Shown here piece after piece: positions 1 through 8,734 of a DNA stretch of 64,000 bases; position 1 is the stretch's first letter; every line of letters starts with the position of its first letter. The stretch spans positions 145,633-209,632 of the forward strand of contig MEOQ01000012.1 in the NCBI GenBank assembly GCA_001769275.1, given 5' to 3'. Source of the DNA: Bacteroidetes bacterium GWF2_43_63 (lineage in GTDB: Bacteria; Bacteroidota; Bacteroidia; Bacteroidales; DTU049). The position numbers were made by a program, and so were the translations under genes. A model generated the notes under the pieces. That model did not search any database. It was not told where the DNA came from and was given only the letters and a program-made list of their open reading frames with translations.

Positions 1-251
1 CAATAGCGCACTGTAACGGAGTCTTCGCCAATCAGTGTGCCGTGGTTGGTGCTCCACCCATAAGAGAGTCCCGATCCGCGCGTATAAACTTTTATATCTA
101 TCTCTTCCCAGACAACCACCACTCGCTTTTCAGGCACTATGCTATCAATGGCAAGATTATCTGATGCCAAAGGTTCATCTGTCATATCACTCTTTTTACA
201 GGATGAAAAAAAAGCGAGTCCAATAACAAGAAATAGAAAAAAGTATTTCAT
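1..251 (-). CDS. Putative lipoprotein, 5' part only (gene runs off the left edge of the window)
   Basis: Hand translation of the minus strand from the ATG (plus 249-251) gives MKYFFLFLVIGLAFFSSCKKSDMTDEPLASDN..., a signal peptide plus lipobox Cys. The frame stays open to base 1. The gene starts 14 nt after the stop of the 265-1341 gene. It is absent from the ORF track because no stop lies inside the window. Confidence 0.5.
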   Translation of the reverse strand, partial: MKYFFLFLVIGLAFFSSCKKSDMTDEPLASDNLAIDSIVPEKRVVVVWEEIDIKVYTRGSGLSYGWSTNHGTLIGEDSVTVRY

Positions 252-264
252 AACTGGAAATGTT

Positions 265-1341
265 TTATCGCTTCACGGCTTTCATTACGGCAGCCGTATC
301 GAGGTGTTCGAAGTTGAGAAAATCGTCCATGAAATTACCGTTGTCCATTACTACAATACGAGGCGGATAATCGGCCTTGCCAAGCAGCTGAAAAAATTCC
401 TGAGGTGGAAGAATGGTATAAGGGAAACGGCCACCAGCGCCTGCAAAGAAGTCGGCGGTCTGACTTTCTTCACCAAAAGCAAGAATATATACACCCGGAA
501 AATCAGCATGCGATTTTTTTAATTGCTGAAGCAGCTTTGAAGACTCCTGACAATGCTCACAATCCATACTGAAAAGACATACTATTTTTTTTCCTGAGTT
601 GAGATCAACAGTTCCGGAATTAAATTTTGTATACTTCGAAAAAATTGAATTCACTTTTTTGCGTCCACTTTGTACAGTTGCTTTTTCTTCAAAGTTCGGT
701 ATAGTTTTTACAACTATTTGACCTTTTTCATTAGTAATGGTGTCTAAAACAACAATGGCTGTGTCAACCTCTGTAACCAATGTGTCAGAGACAATTTCCT
801 GCGATGATGGAATGGAAGCGCAACAACATTTTGGAGGCAGAAAAATAAGAATGAATACATAAATCAAAACAAATAATGTTGCTGGCAGCAGAGGTAAATC
901 TTTTTCTTTCGGTTTCGTTTTAATGAAAATGTAAGCAAGCATGGCCATTGCAACAACATTTTTAATAATTGCTTCAAGAGGAGTCATCGGTATGAGTTCG
1001 CCGAAACAACCACAGCTTCCGGAATTGCCGGTAGTGAAAATTGTTATTGCCAAATGAATACAGAATGCCAGCAGCAACAAAAAAGTAGCTGGTACAATCC
1101 ATTTTTTCAAATAGTTATTCTGCAATAATGCAAGTCCGAGAAAAAGTTCAAACCCAACGATAGCCCGCGCCAAAAGCGGAGCATAGCACCAATTGGTTAC
1201 GCCGATATCAACAATTTGTTTTGCAAAAAGGTCGAGCGCGATTCCTGCAGGCAGCATTTTGCTGAATGCCGAAATAATGAAAAAAACGGCGACAATTATT
1301 CGCAGCGACCAGACAATTATTTTTTCGGAATTTGTCTTCAT
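265..1341 (-). CDS. Membrane redox protein: MauE/DoxX-like multi-TM domain fused to a C-terminal thioredoxin-fold domain
   Basis: The TM-rich N-half carries SCGCFGE, typical of the MauE/DoxX family. An extra TM segment contains CCC. The C-half has LFSMDCEHCQ (CxxC) in a TlpA/thioredoxin-like context. Confidence 0.6.
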   Translation of the reverse strand: MKTNSEKIIVWSLRIIVAVFFIISAFSKMLPAGIALDLFAKQIVDIGVTNWCYAPLLARAIVGFELFLGLALLQNNYLKKWIVPATFLLLLAFCIHLAITIFTTGNSGSCGCFGELIPMTPLEAIIKNVVAMAMLAYIFIKTKPKEKDLPLLPATLFVLIYVFILIFLPPKCCCASIPSSQEIVSDTLVTEVDTAIVVLDTITNEKGQIVVKTIPNFEEKATVQSGRKKVNSIFSKYTKFNSGTVDLNSGKKIVCLFSMDCEHCQESSKLLQQLKKSHADFPGVYILAFGEESQTADFFAGAGGRFPYTILPPQEFFQLLGKADYPPRIVVMDNGNFMDDFLNFEHLDTAAVMKAVKR

Positions 1342-1350
1342 TTTAAAAAA

Positions 1351-1569
1351 TCATTTTACATTTTTTGCGACAAACTTTTTTATTACCGGGGCTAACAGCA
1401 AAGCTACTGGCAAAGCCGAGATGAAAGCAATGCCCCAGGCCTTCAGCCAAAGCGATACGAAACTGTTATCAAATCCAAAATTCATATACGTTCCGATAAA
1501 CGAAACAACCAGCGTCATGATTAGAATCATCAGCGAGAGAAATACCAGCATTTGTTTTTTTGAGTTCAT
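1351..1569 (-). CDS. Small two-TM membrane protein (DUF2798-like)
   Basis: 72-aa product from the internal ATG (MNSKKQMLVFLSLMIL...). The 95-aa version in the ORF track (to 1638) would overlap the upstream rhodanese gene by 59 nt. Confidence 0.45.
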   Translation of the reverse strand: MNSKKQMLVFLSLMILIMTLVVSFIGTYMNFGFDNSFVSLWLKAWGIAFISALPVALLLAPVIKKFVAKNVK

Positions 1570-1579
1570 ATCCGAAAAT

Positions 1580-1981
1580 TTAGTTTTTGATATCTTTTTC
1601 AACAGGAAAGCCATTTTCGATCCAACCCGAAAACCCATCCATCATACAGATTATAGTGCCGCAGTAGTTTAGCTTTTGCAGAATTTCTATAATTGTTTCG
1701 GAACGGTTTTCAGTTGTGCAATACACAAAGATACTTTTGTAATCGAGATAATGCATCAGCATTTTCTGGGCGCTATCGCTGAAAGCGTTAAGACAAACTG
1801 CGCTCTCTAAATGTCCCAGACAAAACTTTGCACTGTCGCGTCCATCAATAATAACCGATGTATTGGTGTCCAAATCTGCCAGGACTTGTTGTGCATCAAC
1901 AGAAAATATTCGCTGAATATCCTGAGCTGGCGCAGGTCCAAAGCAAAAGACAAACAAACCAAAACACAGAATTATTTTCAT
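1580..1981 (-). CDS. Secreted rhodanese-domain protein (putative sulfurtransferase)
   Basis: Signal peptide MKIILCFGLFVFCFGPAPAQ. Rhodanese core with a Cys-containing active-site loop (VYCTTENRS) and GFSGW near the C-terminus. Confidence 0.65.
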   Translation of the reverse strand: MKIILCFGLFVFCFGPAPAQDIQRIFSVDAQQVLADLDTNTSVIIDGRDSAKFCLGHLESAVCLNAFSDSAQKMLMHYLDYKSIFVYCTTENRSETIIEILQKLNYCGTIICMMDGFSGWIENGFPVEKDIKN

Positions 1982-1984
1982 TAT

Positions 1985-4372
1985 TTATAGTTTTAAAATT
2001 CCATTATCATTTTCCGGTTCACCATTTTTTCCATTAACCGGTTTGTAAGAATTGAAATTATAAGTAATTCCAAACCATAGAATACGTGTATCGTTTTTAC
2101 TTTTGTTGTACAAGCTGTAAACACTGTTGTTTGTGTTTACAATCCATTCGCGTGTATTAAAAATATCGGACAAAGTAATACTTGCGGACAATTTGTTTTT
2201 CAGAAAACTTCGCTTTATGGAGAAATCGCTGTAATAGATTTCATCCAATCTGAATTGAGGTAACTCGATGGGCGAATTATAACTCAAAAGCAATTGAATA
2301 TCTGTTTTTTTATCAGGTTTAAAACTCAGCTTAAGATTTCCATTCCATGCAACACCGTCTGAATATAGGGTTGTATTGCCAAAATTACCATCCGATCTTG
2401 AATAAAAAGCAGAAAATGCTGTATTTATTGAAAAAAATGGCAATACTTTATACGTCGCATCCACATCCAACCCAGTTTTCATCTGGCTTTCGCCGTTTGC
2501 GTAGGTAACCATCAATTTGTCTCCGCTCAAAACCGCCGTCTGAGTAATAAATCGTTTATTGTTACTGAAAAACAAATTGTTTCGAAGCTGAAATTTCTCC
2601 TTTATTAATGAATAATTAAACTCCAGCTTATCAATTAGCTCCGGTTTCAGATAGCGGTTTCCGGTTTCGTACGTAATTTGGTCAATTACGACAATATACG
2701 GATTCAGTTGAAAATATGCCGGACGGGTAACGCGCCGAGTAATGCTTGCAGAAAGGCTTTGAATTTTGTTTATTTGATATTTGATTAATGCAAAAGGGAA
2801 AGGAATCTGGTAATCACTTGATACATTTTCGCCCGTTGACTGCATGTGCAATACCGAGGTGCTGTATTCAAAACGAGCACCCGCCTTATAAAACATCTTT
2901 TTCGACAACGAGTCCGAGTACATCAAATAAGTCGAAAAGATATATTCGGAATAAGTAAGATCGTTACTAAAAGAAGTATTAATCAGCCATTCCTCGGTCA
3001 GACTGTCTTTATCGTAAAAATGAGAATAAAACGAATTCCATCTCGAAAAGTACTTTGCACCAGTTTCAATACGACCCGATGAAAACAGCGGTCTGAAATA
3101 ATCCAGCTGAGCAGTTGTATTCTGCGGCTTTCCGCCCCCATCTGACTTTTGCAAATAAATGTCTTCGACAAAATAATCACCCGTTCGTGCACCTCTGGTA
3201 AGCGAATACATAATATCAAAGGATAATTCCTGTACGTTTTTGGTAAAAATTCTTTTGTAAGACAAGGTTCCATCTATATTTCTTCTTTTCCAGGAAACAT
3301 GGTTCAATCGATGAAACTGCCATTCAGTTGTATCGGTGTTTATTTGACTTCCAGTGATTTCCTGCGTATTACGGTTGTCAAATATGACTGATTTAAAAGT
3401 CAATGAAATTTGGTTTTTTTTATCAGGAACAAAGGAGACCGACAAACCCATGGAATGCGTAGGATTTTCCAATAAAGAATGAATTTTTTGTTCAGTATTA
3501 GCCCCAAGTGAATAAATATCGCGTACCAACACACTGTTGATTTCCGGTTCATCAAAGCGCCCATTATAATTGAAACCCAAAGCCCACCGGCTTTTTCTGT
3601 AATTCAAGCCAAGGCCTGTATTGAAACGGTTATTGAAGCCGTAATTCACAGTAAATGCCCCGTTTAAACCTTTACTTTGCTGCTTTTTTGTTACAATATT
3701 GATGATCCCTGCGGTTCCTTCAGCATCGTATTTTGAATCGGGATTGGTTATAATTTCAATGCTTTCGACATTTGAAGATGGAATGGCTTCTATCGATGTT
3801 AACGTCGTGGGCCGACCGTCCAGTAAAATTAAAATATTGCTGTTGCCCCGCAAGAAAATTTTATTTTCTGCATCAATTGTAATGGCTGGCTGACTTTTAA
3901 GAATGTCTGATATACTTCCAGTCGATGCAGCAATATTCTGCGATACATCAATGCTCGTTTTTTCGATGGAAATTTGTTTCTCGACTTTTTCACCCTCAAT
4001 ATTAACTTCATTGAGTGAGAGTGTTGAACTCCCTAACTCAACAGAGCCAATGTTTAATGACGGTGCATCACCAAATGTAAATTCAAGTGTTTTCGAATTA
4101 TAGCTGACAAAACTGATCTTTATGAAATATTCAGCAGGTAATAATTCAAATTTGAATGACCCATTCTGATTGGTTATCATTCCTGCTATAAGCGAGCTGT
4201 CCGACTGCTGATAAATAGCTACCGAAGCGAATTCAACAGGCGATTTTGTTATTGAATCAATTACAATTCCCGATAACACAGCCTTTACAGGGGTCTGTCC
4301 AAAGGCAGCCTCTGAATGCAACATGCAAAAAAACACAACGAAAATCCAAAAATTGTTCACCAATGATTTCAT
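1985..4372 (-). CDS. TonB-dependent-receptor-like outer-membrane beta-barrel with N-terminal carboxypeptidase-regulatory-like domain
   Basis: Signal peptide, then GIVIDSITKSPVEFASVAIY (CarboxypepD_reg-like) and a plug-like FLRGNSNILILLDGRP. A long alternating beta-strand-type sequence follows, up to WFGITYNF. Confidence 0.7.
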   Translation of the reverse strand: MKSLVNNFWIFVVFFCMLHSEAAFGQTPVKAVLSGIVIDSITKSPVEFASVAIYQQSDSSLIAGMITNQNGSFKFELLPAEYFIKISFVSYNSKTLEFTFGDAPSLNIGSVELGSSTLSLNEVNIEGEKVEKQISIEKTSIDVSQNIAASTGSISDILKSQPAITIDAENKIFLRGNSNILILLDGRPTTLTSIEAIPSSNVESIEIITNPDSKYDAEGTAGIINIVTKKQQSKGLNGAFTVNYGFNNRFNTGLGLNYRKSRWALGFNYNGRFDEPEINSVLVRDIYSLGANTEQKIHSLLENPTHSMGLSVSFVPDKKNQISLTFKSVIFDNRNTQEITGSQINTDTTEWQFHRLNHVSWKRRNIDGTLSYKRIFTKNVQELSFDIMYSLTRGARTGDYFVEDIYLQKSDGGGKPQNTTAQLDYFRPLFSSGRIETGAKYFSRWNSFYSHFYDKDSLTEEWLINTSFSNDLTYSEYIFSTYLMYSDSLSKKMFYKAGARFEYSTSVLHMQSTGENVSSDYQIPFPFALIKYQINKIQSLSASITRRVTRPAYFQLNPYIVVIDQITYETGNRYLKPELIDKLEFNYSLIKEKFQLRNNLFFSNNKRFITQTAVLSGDKLMVTYANGESQMKTGLDVDATYKVLPFFSINTAFSAFYSRSDGNFGNTTLYSDGVAWNGNLKLSFKPDKKTDIQLLLSYNSPIELPQFRLDEIYYSDFSIKRSFLKNKLSASITLSDIFNTREWIVNTNNSVYSLYNKSKNDTRILWFGITYNFNSYKPVNGKNGEPENDNGILKL

Positions 4373-4426
4373 TTACAAATTTCGGGTTTCGTTATGTTCT
4401 TTGTAATAATTGAGCGCTTACTATGT

Positions 4427-5770
4427 TTAAAAGAAAAAGCCATAAATCAGTCCTGAAATCGTAGCCATAACAATAACCAGCAGAACGTAAACTACCGTTT
4501 TCTGCGTTCCAATAACTCCACGAATGACGAGCATATTGGGGAGAGACAATGATGGACCTGCCAACAAGAGCGCCAGAGCAGGGCCTTTGCCCATGCCTGA
4601 AGCGATTAATCCCTGCAAAATCGGCACTTCAGTGAGGGTCGCGAAATACATAAATGCACCGACAATTGAAGCAAACAAATTGGAGAATACTGAATTCCCG
4701 CCAACCAGTGAAGAAATCCATTCGTTGGGAATAACACCGGCAATGCTAACGTCGTCGTGGGTGGAGCCCAGCAGAAAGCCAGCAGTAACAACACCAACTG
4801 CAAGAAGTGGCAAAATCTGTTTTGCAAAACCCCATGTCGAATAGGTCCACTCTTTATTGTCCTGATCACGTTTATCGAAGAGGGTCATAATGCTGAGTGC
4901 CGCAATTCCAACCAGCATGGGAACCAGCGGAGCCAGTTTTGCATTTTCAATAAATTCAAATGCGAGAAATCCGGATAAAGCTGTCAGAATGCCGCCGGCA
5001 ATCACCCACATCCAATGTATTTTCAGAATGCGAATGAGCGAATACATTAGCAAAATGGAAAAGCCGCCTGTAATCCACCATTTGTAACTCCAGATGTAAA
5101 ACCATGTGCTGGAAGTGTCATCAGCAGACGGTTTGCCCCAGTTTGCAAAAACCAGAATGAGCACAAGTACAAAGAAATGAAACGAAGTTTGCCACATAGG
5201 TCTTTTTTCGGGAGGCAGTTGAATATTCATTTGCTCTTCGCGCTTAAGTTTTTCTTCTTTGCGGTAAATAAGCGACATGGATACGCCAATAATCACACTG
5301 AACAAGACAGCCCCAATTGTTCGGGCCACGCCCATTTCGAATCCAAGAATGCGAGCAGTGAGAATAATGGCCAGGATATTAATGGCCGGGCCGGAATACA
5401 AAAAAGCGATGGCCGGCCCTAGCCCTGCGCCACGTTTGTGGATACTTGAAAACAGGGGTAAAATAGTGCAACTGCACACAGCCAGAATAGTTCCGGATAC
5501 AGCTGCGACCGTGTAGGCAAGCCATTTTTTTGCATTCGCACCAAAGTATTTCAGAACCGATCCCTGGCTAACAAAAACAGCAATAACACCTGCAATAAAA
5601 AATGCCGGAAGTAAACATAAAACAACATGCTCACGGGCATACCATTTCACCAGATCCAATGTGGCAGCTATGGCCGTATTAAAACGTGCACTTTCAATCG
5701 GTAAAAAAAATGCTACTGCAAATACTACAGCAATCCAGAACAGAATTTGTAATTCTTTTTTCTTTTCCAT
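4427..5770 (-). CDS. Polytopic permease, DUF318/ArsP-like family
   Basis: About 10 hydrophobic segments. Motifs AVCSCTILPLF and GPALALLLAGPSLSLPN are typical of the permease family usually found next to ArsR and small thioredoxin-like genes. Confidence 0.6.
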   Translation of the reverse strand: MEKKKELQILFWIAVVFAVAFFLPIESARFNTAIAATLDLVKWYAREHVVLCLLPAFFIAGVIAVFVSQGSVLKYFGANAKKWLAYTVAAVSGTILAVCSCTILPLFSSIHKRGAGLGPAIAFLYSGPAINILAIILTARILGFEMGVARTIGAVLFSVIIGVSMSLIYRKEEKLKREEQMNIQLPPEKRPMWQTSFHFFVLVLILVFANWGKPSADDTSSTWFYIWSYKWWITGGFSILLMYSLIRILKIHWMWVIAGGILTALSGFLAFEFIENAKLAPLVPMLVGIAALSIMTLFDKRDQDNKEWTYSTWGFAKQILPLLAVGVVTAGFLLGSTHDDVSIAGVIPNEWISSLVGGNSVFSNLFASIVGAFMYFATLTEVPILQGLIASGMGKGPALALLLAGPSLSLPNMLVIRGVIGTQKTVVYVLLVIVMATISGLIYGFFF

Positions 5771-5785
5771 CGTATCTTTTTTTGC

Positions 5786-5803
5786 ATTTCGACAATGCGA
5801 AAT
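5786..5803. promoter_or_regulatory. Palindrome ATTTCG-N6-CGAAAT about 15 nt upstream of the permease start; candidate ArsR-family operator
   Basis: The sequence atttcgacaatgcgaaat was read directly. Its half-sites match the two palindromes at 8737-8756 and 8766-8785. Confidence 0.4.
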
Positions 5804-5867
5804 GAATCATTATATTATTTCAACAATACCGTAATTGTCACTTTCAAATAGCACACGCGCGGAATTA

Positions 5868-6278
5868 TTATTTCTTTTTCTTGCTGAAAGCATTAATACT
5901 TTCAACCAACGCAATTTCCAGCTCTTCTTTGTTTTGATCTTTGACAAACTTTTTTATTATATCGGAAATATCAGAGTTCATTTCTTTTTTCTTTTTTATT
6001 TTCACAAGCACAACTGTCTGTGACTGCGCTTTGTACTTTTCAACGAGTACTTTATTTGAGTCTTCTGCCAGCTTGACCTCCCTGAAAATAATGTTTCCGT
6101 CCGGAAAATTCTTTTGAATTATTGTCTGAAGGTCGGCTTCCAGAGCGTTGCACGACTTGGCTTTACAGCAAGCCAGATTGGCTTTGAAATACAAAACTTC
6201 AACACTTTTACCGGACTGTGCAAACACAGCGGTTCCTGCCATTAAGGCAAACAGAAAAATTGCAATTTTAGCTTTCAT
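5868..6278 (-). CDS. Secreted thioredoxin-fold-like protein, paralog 1 of 3 (CCxxxxC variant)
   Basis: Start moved to MKAKIAIFLFALMAGTAVFAQ (signal peptide). LYFKANLACCKAKSC aligns with FHMTIRCQTC and FHATRKCASC of the 7208 and 7625 genes. All three share an EKY-x-A block downstream. Confidence 0.55.
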   Translation of the reverse strand: MKAKIAIFLFALMAGTAVFAQSGKSVEVLYFKANLACCKAKSCNALEADLQTIIQKNFPDGNIIFREVKLAEDSNKVLVEKYKAQSQTVVLVKIKKKKEMNSDISDIIKKFVKDQNKEELEIALVESINAFSKKKK

Positions 6279-6289
6279 ATTATGACTTT

Positions 6290-7000
6290 TTATTGAATCC
6301 AGAAAATAAAAATGAAGTACAAACCAGCAGCGATAAACAATACCGCAGCGACAAGCCTGAACCATTTTTCGAACACTTTAACCTTGTTGTAAAAAGTTCC
6401 AACACCCGACATGCTGAATGCCAGCAGCCATGCGATAATAATGACAGGAAGTCCGGTGGCAATTGCATATACCGGCGGCAGTAATAATCCGTCGGGGCTG
6501 GCCACTGTCATTGGGATAAGCATGAGGAAATAAAATACGCCGCTGCTTGGACAAAATGCCAATGCAAACAGAACTCCTAACATAAAAGCCCACCAGGAAC
6601 TGCCTCCAGCTGCTTTCTGTTCTACTCTGTCTGATAATCCTCCACCCTTTTTTGAAATGCGTATTTTGATTACATTGAGCATCAAAACACCGATTATGAG
6701 CAGCAATGGCCCTAAAAACCGCTCGCCATACTGACTAAATAGTTTCGCAACCTTAAATGAACTGGCGCCAAAATAAATGATGACACCCAAACCGGTATAG
6801 CTAACCAGACGTCCCAGCGTGTAAAGTAAGCCGTTGTAAAATATCTTTCGTTTCGACGATAGCTCCCGGCTGATGTACCCGATGGCTGTAATATTTGTGG
6901 CAAGCGGGCAAGGACTGATGGCCGTCATCAACCCTAGCGCAAAGGCAGCCAGGATGGGATATTGCGCGTTGTCGGCCCAGGTTTGTAAGAATTCTATCAT
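6290..7000 (-). CDS. CcdA/DsbD-type transmembrane thiol-disulfide electron transporter
   Basis: About 6 TM segments with conserved Cys in early and middle helices (AISPCPLATN and LAFCPSSG), as in the CcdA/DsbD core. Confidence 0.6.
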   Translation of the reverse strand: MIEFLQTWADNAQYPILAAFALGLMTAISPCPLATNITAIGYISRELSSKRKIFYNGLLYTLGRLVSYTGLGVIIYFGASSFKVAKLFSQYGERFLGPLLLIIGVLMLNVIKIRISKKGGGLSDRVEQKAAGGSSWWAFMLGVLFALAFCPSSGVFYFLMLIPMTVASPDGLLLPPVYAIATGLPVIIIAWLLAFSMSGVGTFYNKVKVFEKWFRLVAAVLFIAAGLYFIFIFWIQ

Positions 7001-7040
7001 ATGGGAGTTTGTAAAGTTTTTAAAGTTGAAAGGTGCTTTT

Positions 7041-7057
7041 TAGTGGTCTGTTGTGAG
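7041..7057. repeat. Short intergenic module TAGTGGYCWGTTGTGAG
   Basis: tagtggtctgttgtgag here, tagtggccagttgtgag at 18074-18090, and a partial tagtggtcag at 14681-14690. All copies lie in non-coding spacers. Confidence 0.5.
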
Positions 7058-7154
7058 TGGTCAATGGTCAATTTTAAATGTCACTTGAATTTCCACATTT
7101 CCACATCGGCAAAGCCGCACATTTCCACATTATTTATATTCGTTTTGGAATATA

Positions 7155-7203
7155 CTTCTTCAACGCACTCAGGTCGCTTCACGACGCAGAGAGGTTGAAG
7201 AAG
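7155..7203. repeat. Nested-hairpin intergenic repeat, copy A
   Basis: Sequence cttcttcaacgcactcaggtcgcttcacgacgcagagaggttgaagaag. Outer arms CTTCAAC/GTTGAAG enclose an inner stem GTCG..CGAC. Near-identical copies lie at 14707-14775 and 18179-18225, with a permuted copy at 8851-8889. Confidence 0.7.
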
Positions 7204-7207
7204 GGGC

Positions 7208-7618
7208 TTATTGCAGCAACATCATTTCATCAATCTTTTCGCGGAGTTTTTCGACAAAGAGTTCGGGCTTCCCGATTTTCGAAAAACCAAGGTCGGTGAT
7301 GTCGACTATCACTTCTTTGCCTTCAGGAAACAGGCGCGTCAAGACAAGCGTTGAGCCATAAGCGGAATATTTTTTAACCAGTTCTGCATTTTCTTCCAAC
7401 TCGCAGTCAAAAGTTTTGAAAACAATGATGCCACTGTCAAGTTGATTCTTGTAATAAGTGTTCAACGTTTCAATAGTCACCTGCTCTATTTTTGCACAGG
7501 TCTGACAACGAATGGTCATATGGAAATCATAAACAAGCAGCTTGGTGTTTTCAGTCTGCGCCCACATTGACACAGAAACCATCAGGCATGCAGCAAACAA
7601 TAAAATTGTCTTTTTCAT
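7208..7618 (-). CDS. Secreted thioredoxin-fold CxxC protein, paralog 2 of 3
   Basis: Signal peptide MKKTILLFAACLMVSVSMWAQ. CQTC motif after a beta-strand (LLVYDFHMTIRCQTCAKIE), then KKYSAYGSTLVLT downstream. Confidence 0.6.
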   Translation of the reverse strand: MKKTILLFAACLMVSVSMWAQTENTKLLVYDFHMTIRCQTCAKIEQVTIETLNTYYKNQLDSGIIVFKTFDCELEENAELVKKYSAYGSTLVLTRLFPEGKEVIVDITDLGFSKIGKPELFVEKLREKIDEMMLLQ

Positions 7619-7624
7619 ATTGCG

Positions 7625-8161
7625 TTATTTTAAGTCTTTTTGAATCTGATCTTTCACTAATTTCTTGAACTCATCTGCTTTGTTTTTTGCCAGTTTGAAT
7701 GCCTGCGCGGTCAGATCAGTGATCGTCTCTTTCCCTTTATAGGTGCGGGTTACAAACAATGCTGTTCCAAAAGCTTCATACTTTTCGCAGAGCGCTTCGT
7801 TTTTATTGTCTTCTGTATTTATTTCCTTAAGCCGTACTTTTCCGGTCCTGGTTTCAGCACTGAATGACTCTTTCAACACAGCGTTTACTCCGTCTGTAAT
7901 TGCTACACACGAGGCGCATTTTCTGGTTGCATGAAAAAGCATCACTGTCACAGAAGGCGTTTCCGGAATGAAGGCTCCATTGTTCTCCGGCCCTGAGACT
8001 TGCTTCGCGGAATCCGAGGTTGCAGAATCCGTTACCACAGAATCAACTACTTCTGTAATTAAAGAATCCTTGTTTTCAGCAGAATCTTTTTTGTTGCCTC
8101 CGCATGAAGCCAGCATTAACAGCGCAATAAGACTGAATGTAAAAACTATTTTGTTTTGCAT
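7625..8161 (-). CDS. Thioredoxin-fold CxxC lipoprotein, paralog 3 of 3
   Basis: Start moved to MQNKIVFTFSLIALLMLASCGG (lipobox). An S/D/E-rich linker is followed by VMLFHATRKCASCVAI and EKYEAFGTALFVT, which align with paralog 2. Confidence 0.55.
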   Translation of the reverse strand: MQNKIVFTFSLIALLMLASCGGNKKDSAENKDSLITEVVDSVVTDSATSDSAKQVSGPENNGAFIPETPSVTVMLFHATRKCASCVAITDGVNAVLKESFSAETRTGKVRLKEINTEDNKNEALCEKYEAFGTALFVTRTYKGKETITDLTAQAFKLAKNKADEFKKLVKDQIQKDLK

Positions 8162-8478
8162 TTTGTTGGTTTTAAAAAGATTTCGAATAATTTTTTTGCT
8201 TTCTCCCAATTCTTTGTATCAACACAGTATCGGATAGTCGGGAGTTCAATTTCGCCCTGAATCAGACCTGCATTTCGAAGTTCTTTCAGATGTTGCGATA
8301 ATGTTGAGCGGGCAATGGGGACTTCGGTAATCATTTCGCCACTGGTACAACAGCCGACACCATCGCAACGGTTTTCCTGAATCAGACGCTCCATTATATA
8401 TATGCGCGCAGGATGACTCAATGCCTTCGCAATTGCAGCCAACTCAATGTGTTCGTCTTTAAAAACTTTTTTCGTCAT
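8146..8478 (-). CDS. ArsR/SmtB-family transcriptional regulator
   Basis: Winged-HTH signature LAAIAKALSHPARIYIMERL...STLSQHLKELRNAGLI. A Cys cluster NRCDGVGCCTSGE sits between the helices. Confidence 0.8.
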   Translation of the reverse strand: MTKKVFKDEHIELAAIAKALSHPARIYIMERLIQENRCDGVGCCTSGEMITEVPIARSTLSQHLKELRNAGLIQGEIELPTIRYCVDTKNWEKAKKLFEIFLKPTKCKTK

Positions 8479-8720
8479 TATTTCTTGCTTTGCTCGATCA
8501 GCGTTTTTATTTCACTCACCGAAGGCACGCGGCCGGATAGAACGACTTTTTCATCAATAACCAGACCAGGGGTGCGCATGATGCCATAGCCCATGATTTT
8601 CATAATGTCCTCTTCTTTCACTACAGTGGCATCGATATTTAACTCTTCAACAGCCTTGCGAACAGCTGCTTCCAGGTTCTTGCAATTGGCACAACCGGTG
8701 CCCAGAACTTTAATTTCCAT
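8478..8720 (-). CDS. Small thioredoxin-family protein (redox-active disulfide protein 2 type)
   Basis: 80 aa, MEIKVLGTGCANCKNLE, with GCxxC near the N-terminus. Its stop overlaps the start of the ArsR-like gene at 8478. Confidence 0.75.
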   Translation of the reverse strand: MEIKVLGTGCANCKNLEAAVRKAVEELNIDATVVKEEDIMKIMGYGIMRTPGLVIDEKVVLSGRVPSVSEIKTLIEQSKK

Positions 8721-8734
8721 ACTGATTAGTTTTT

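Noticed and set aside
5868-6365. N-terminally extended versions of several ORFs in the track (5868-6365, 7625-8209, 1351-1638, 15869-16837, 18244-18666, 14188-14649, 56603-56977).
   Set aside because: In each case an internal ATG gives a proper signal peptide, lipobox or family-typical N-terminus. It also removes the overlap with the upstream gene. Some of the longer starts use non-ATG codons (confirmed TTG at 14649) or lie in upstream gene or repeat sequence.
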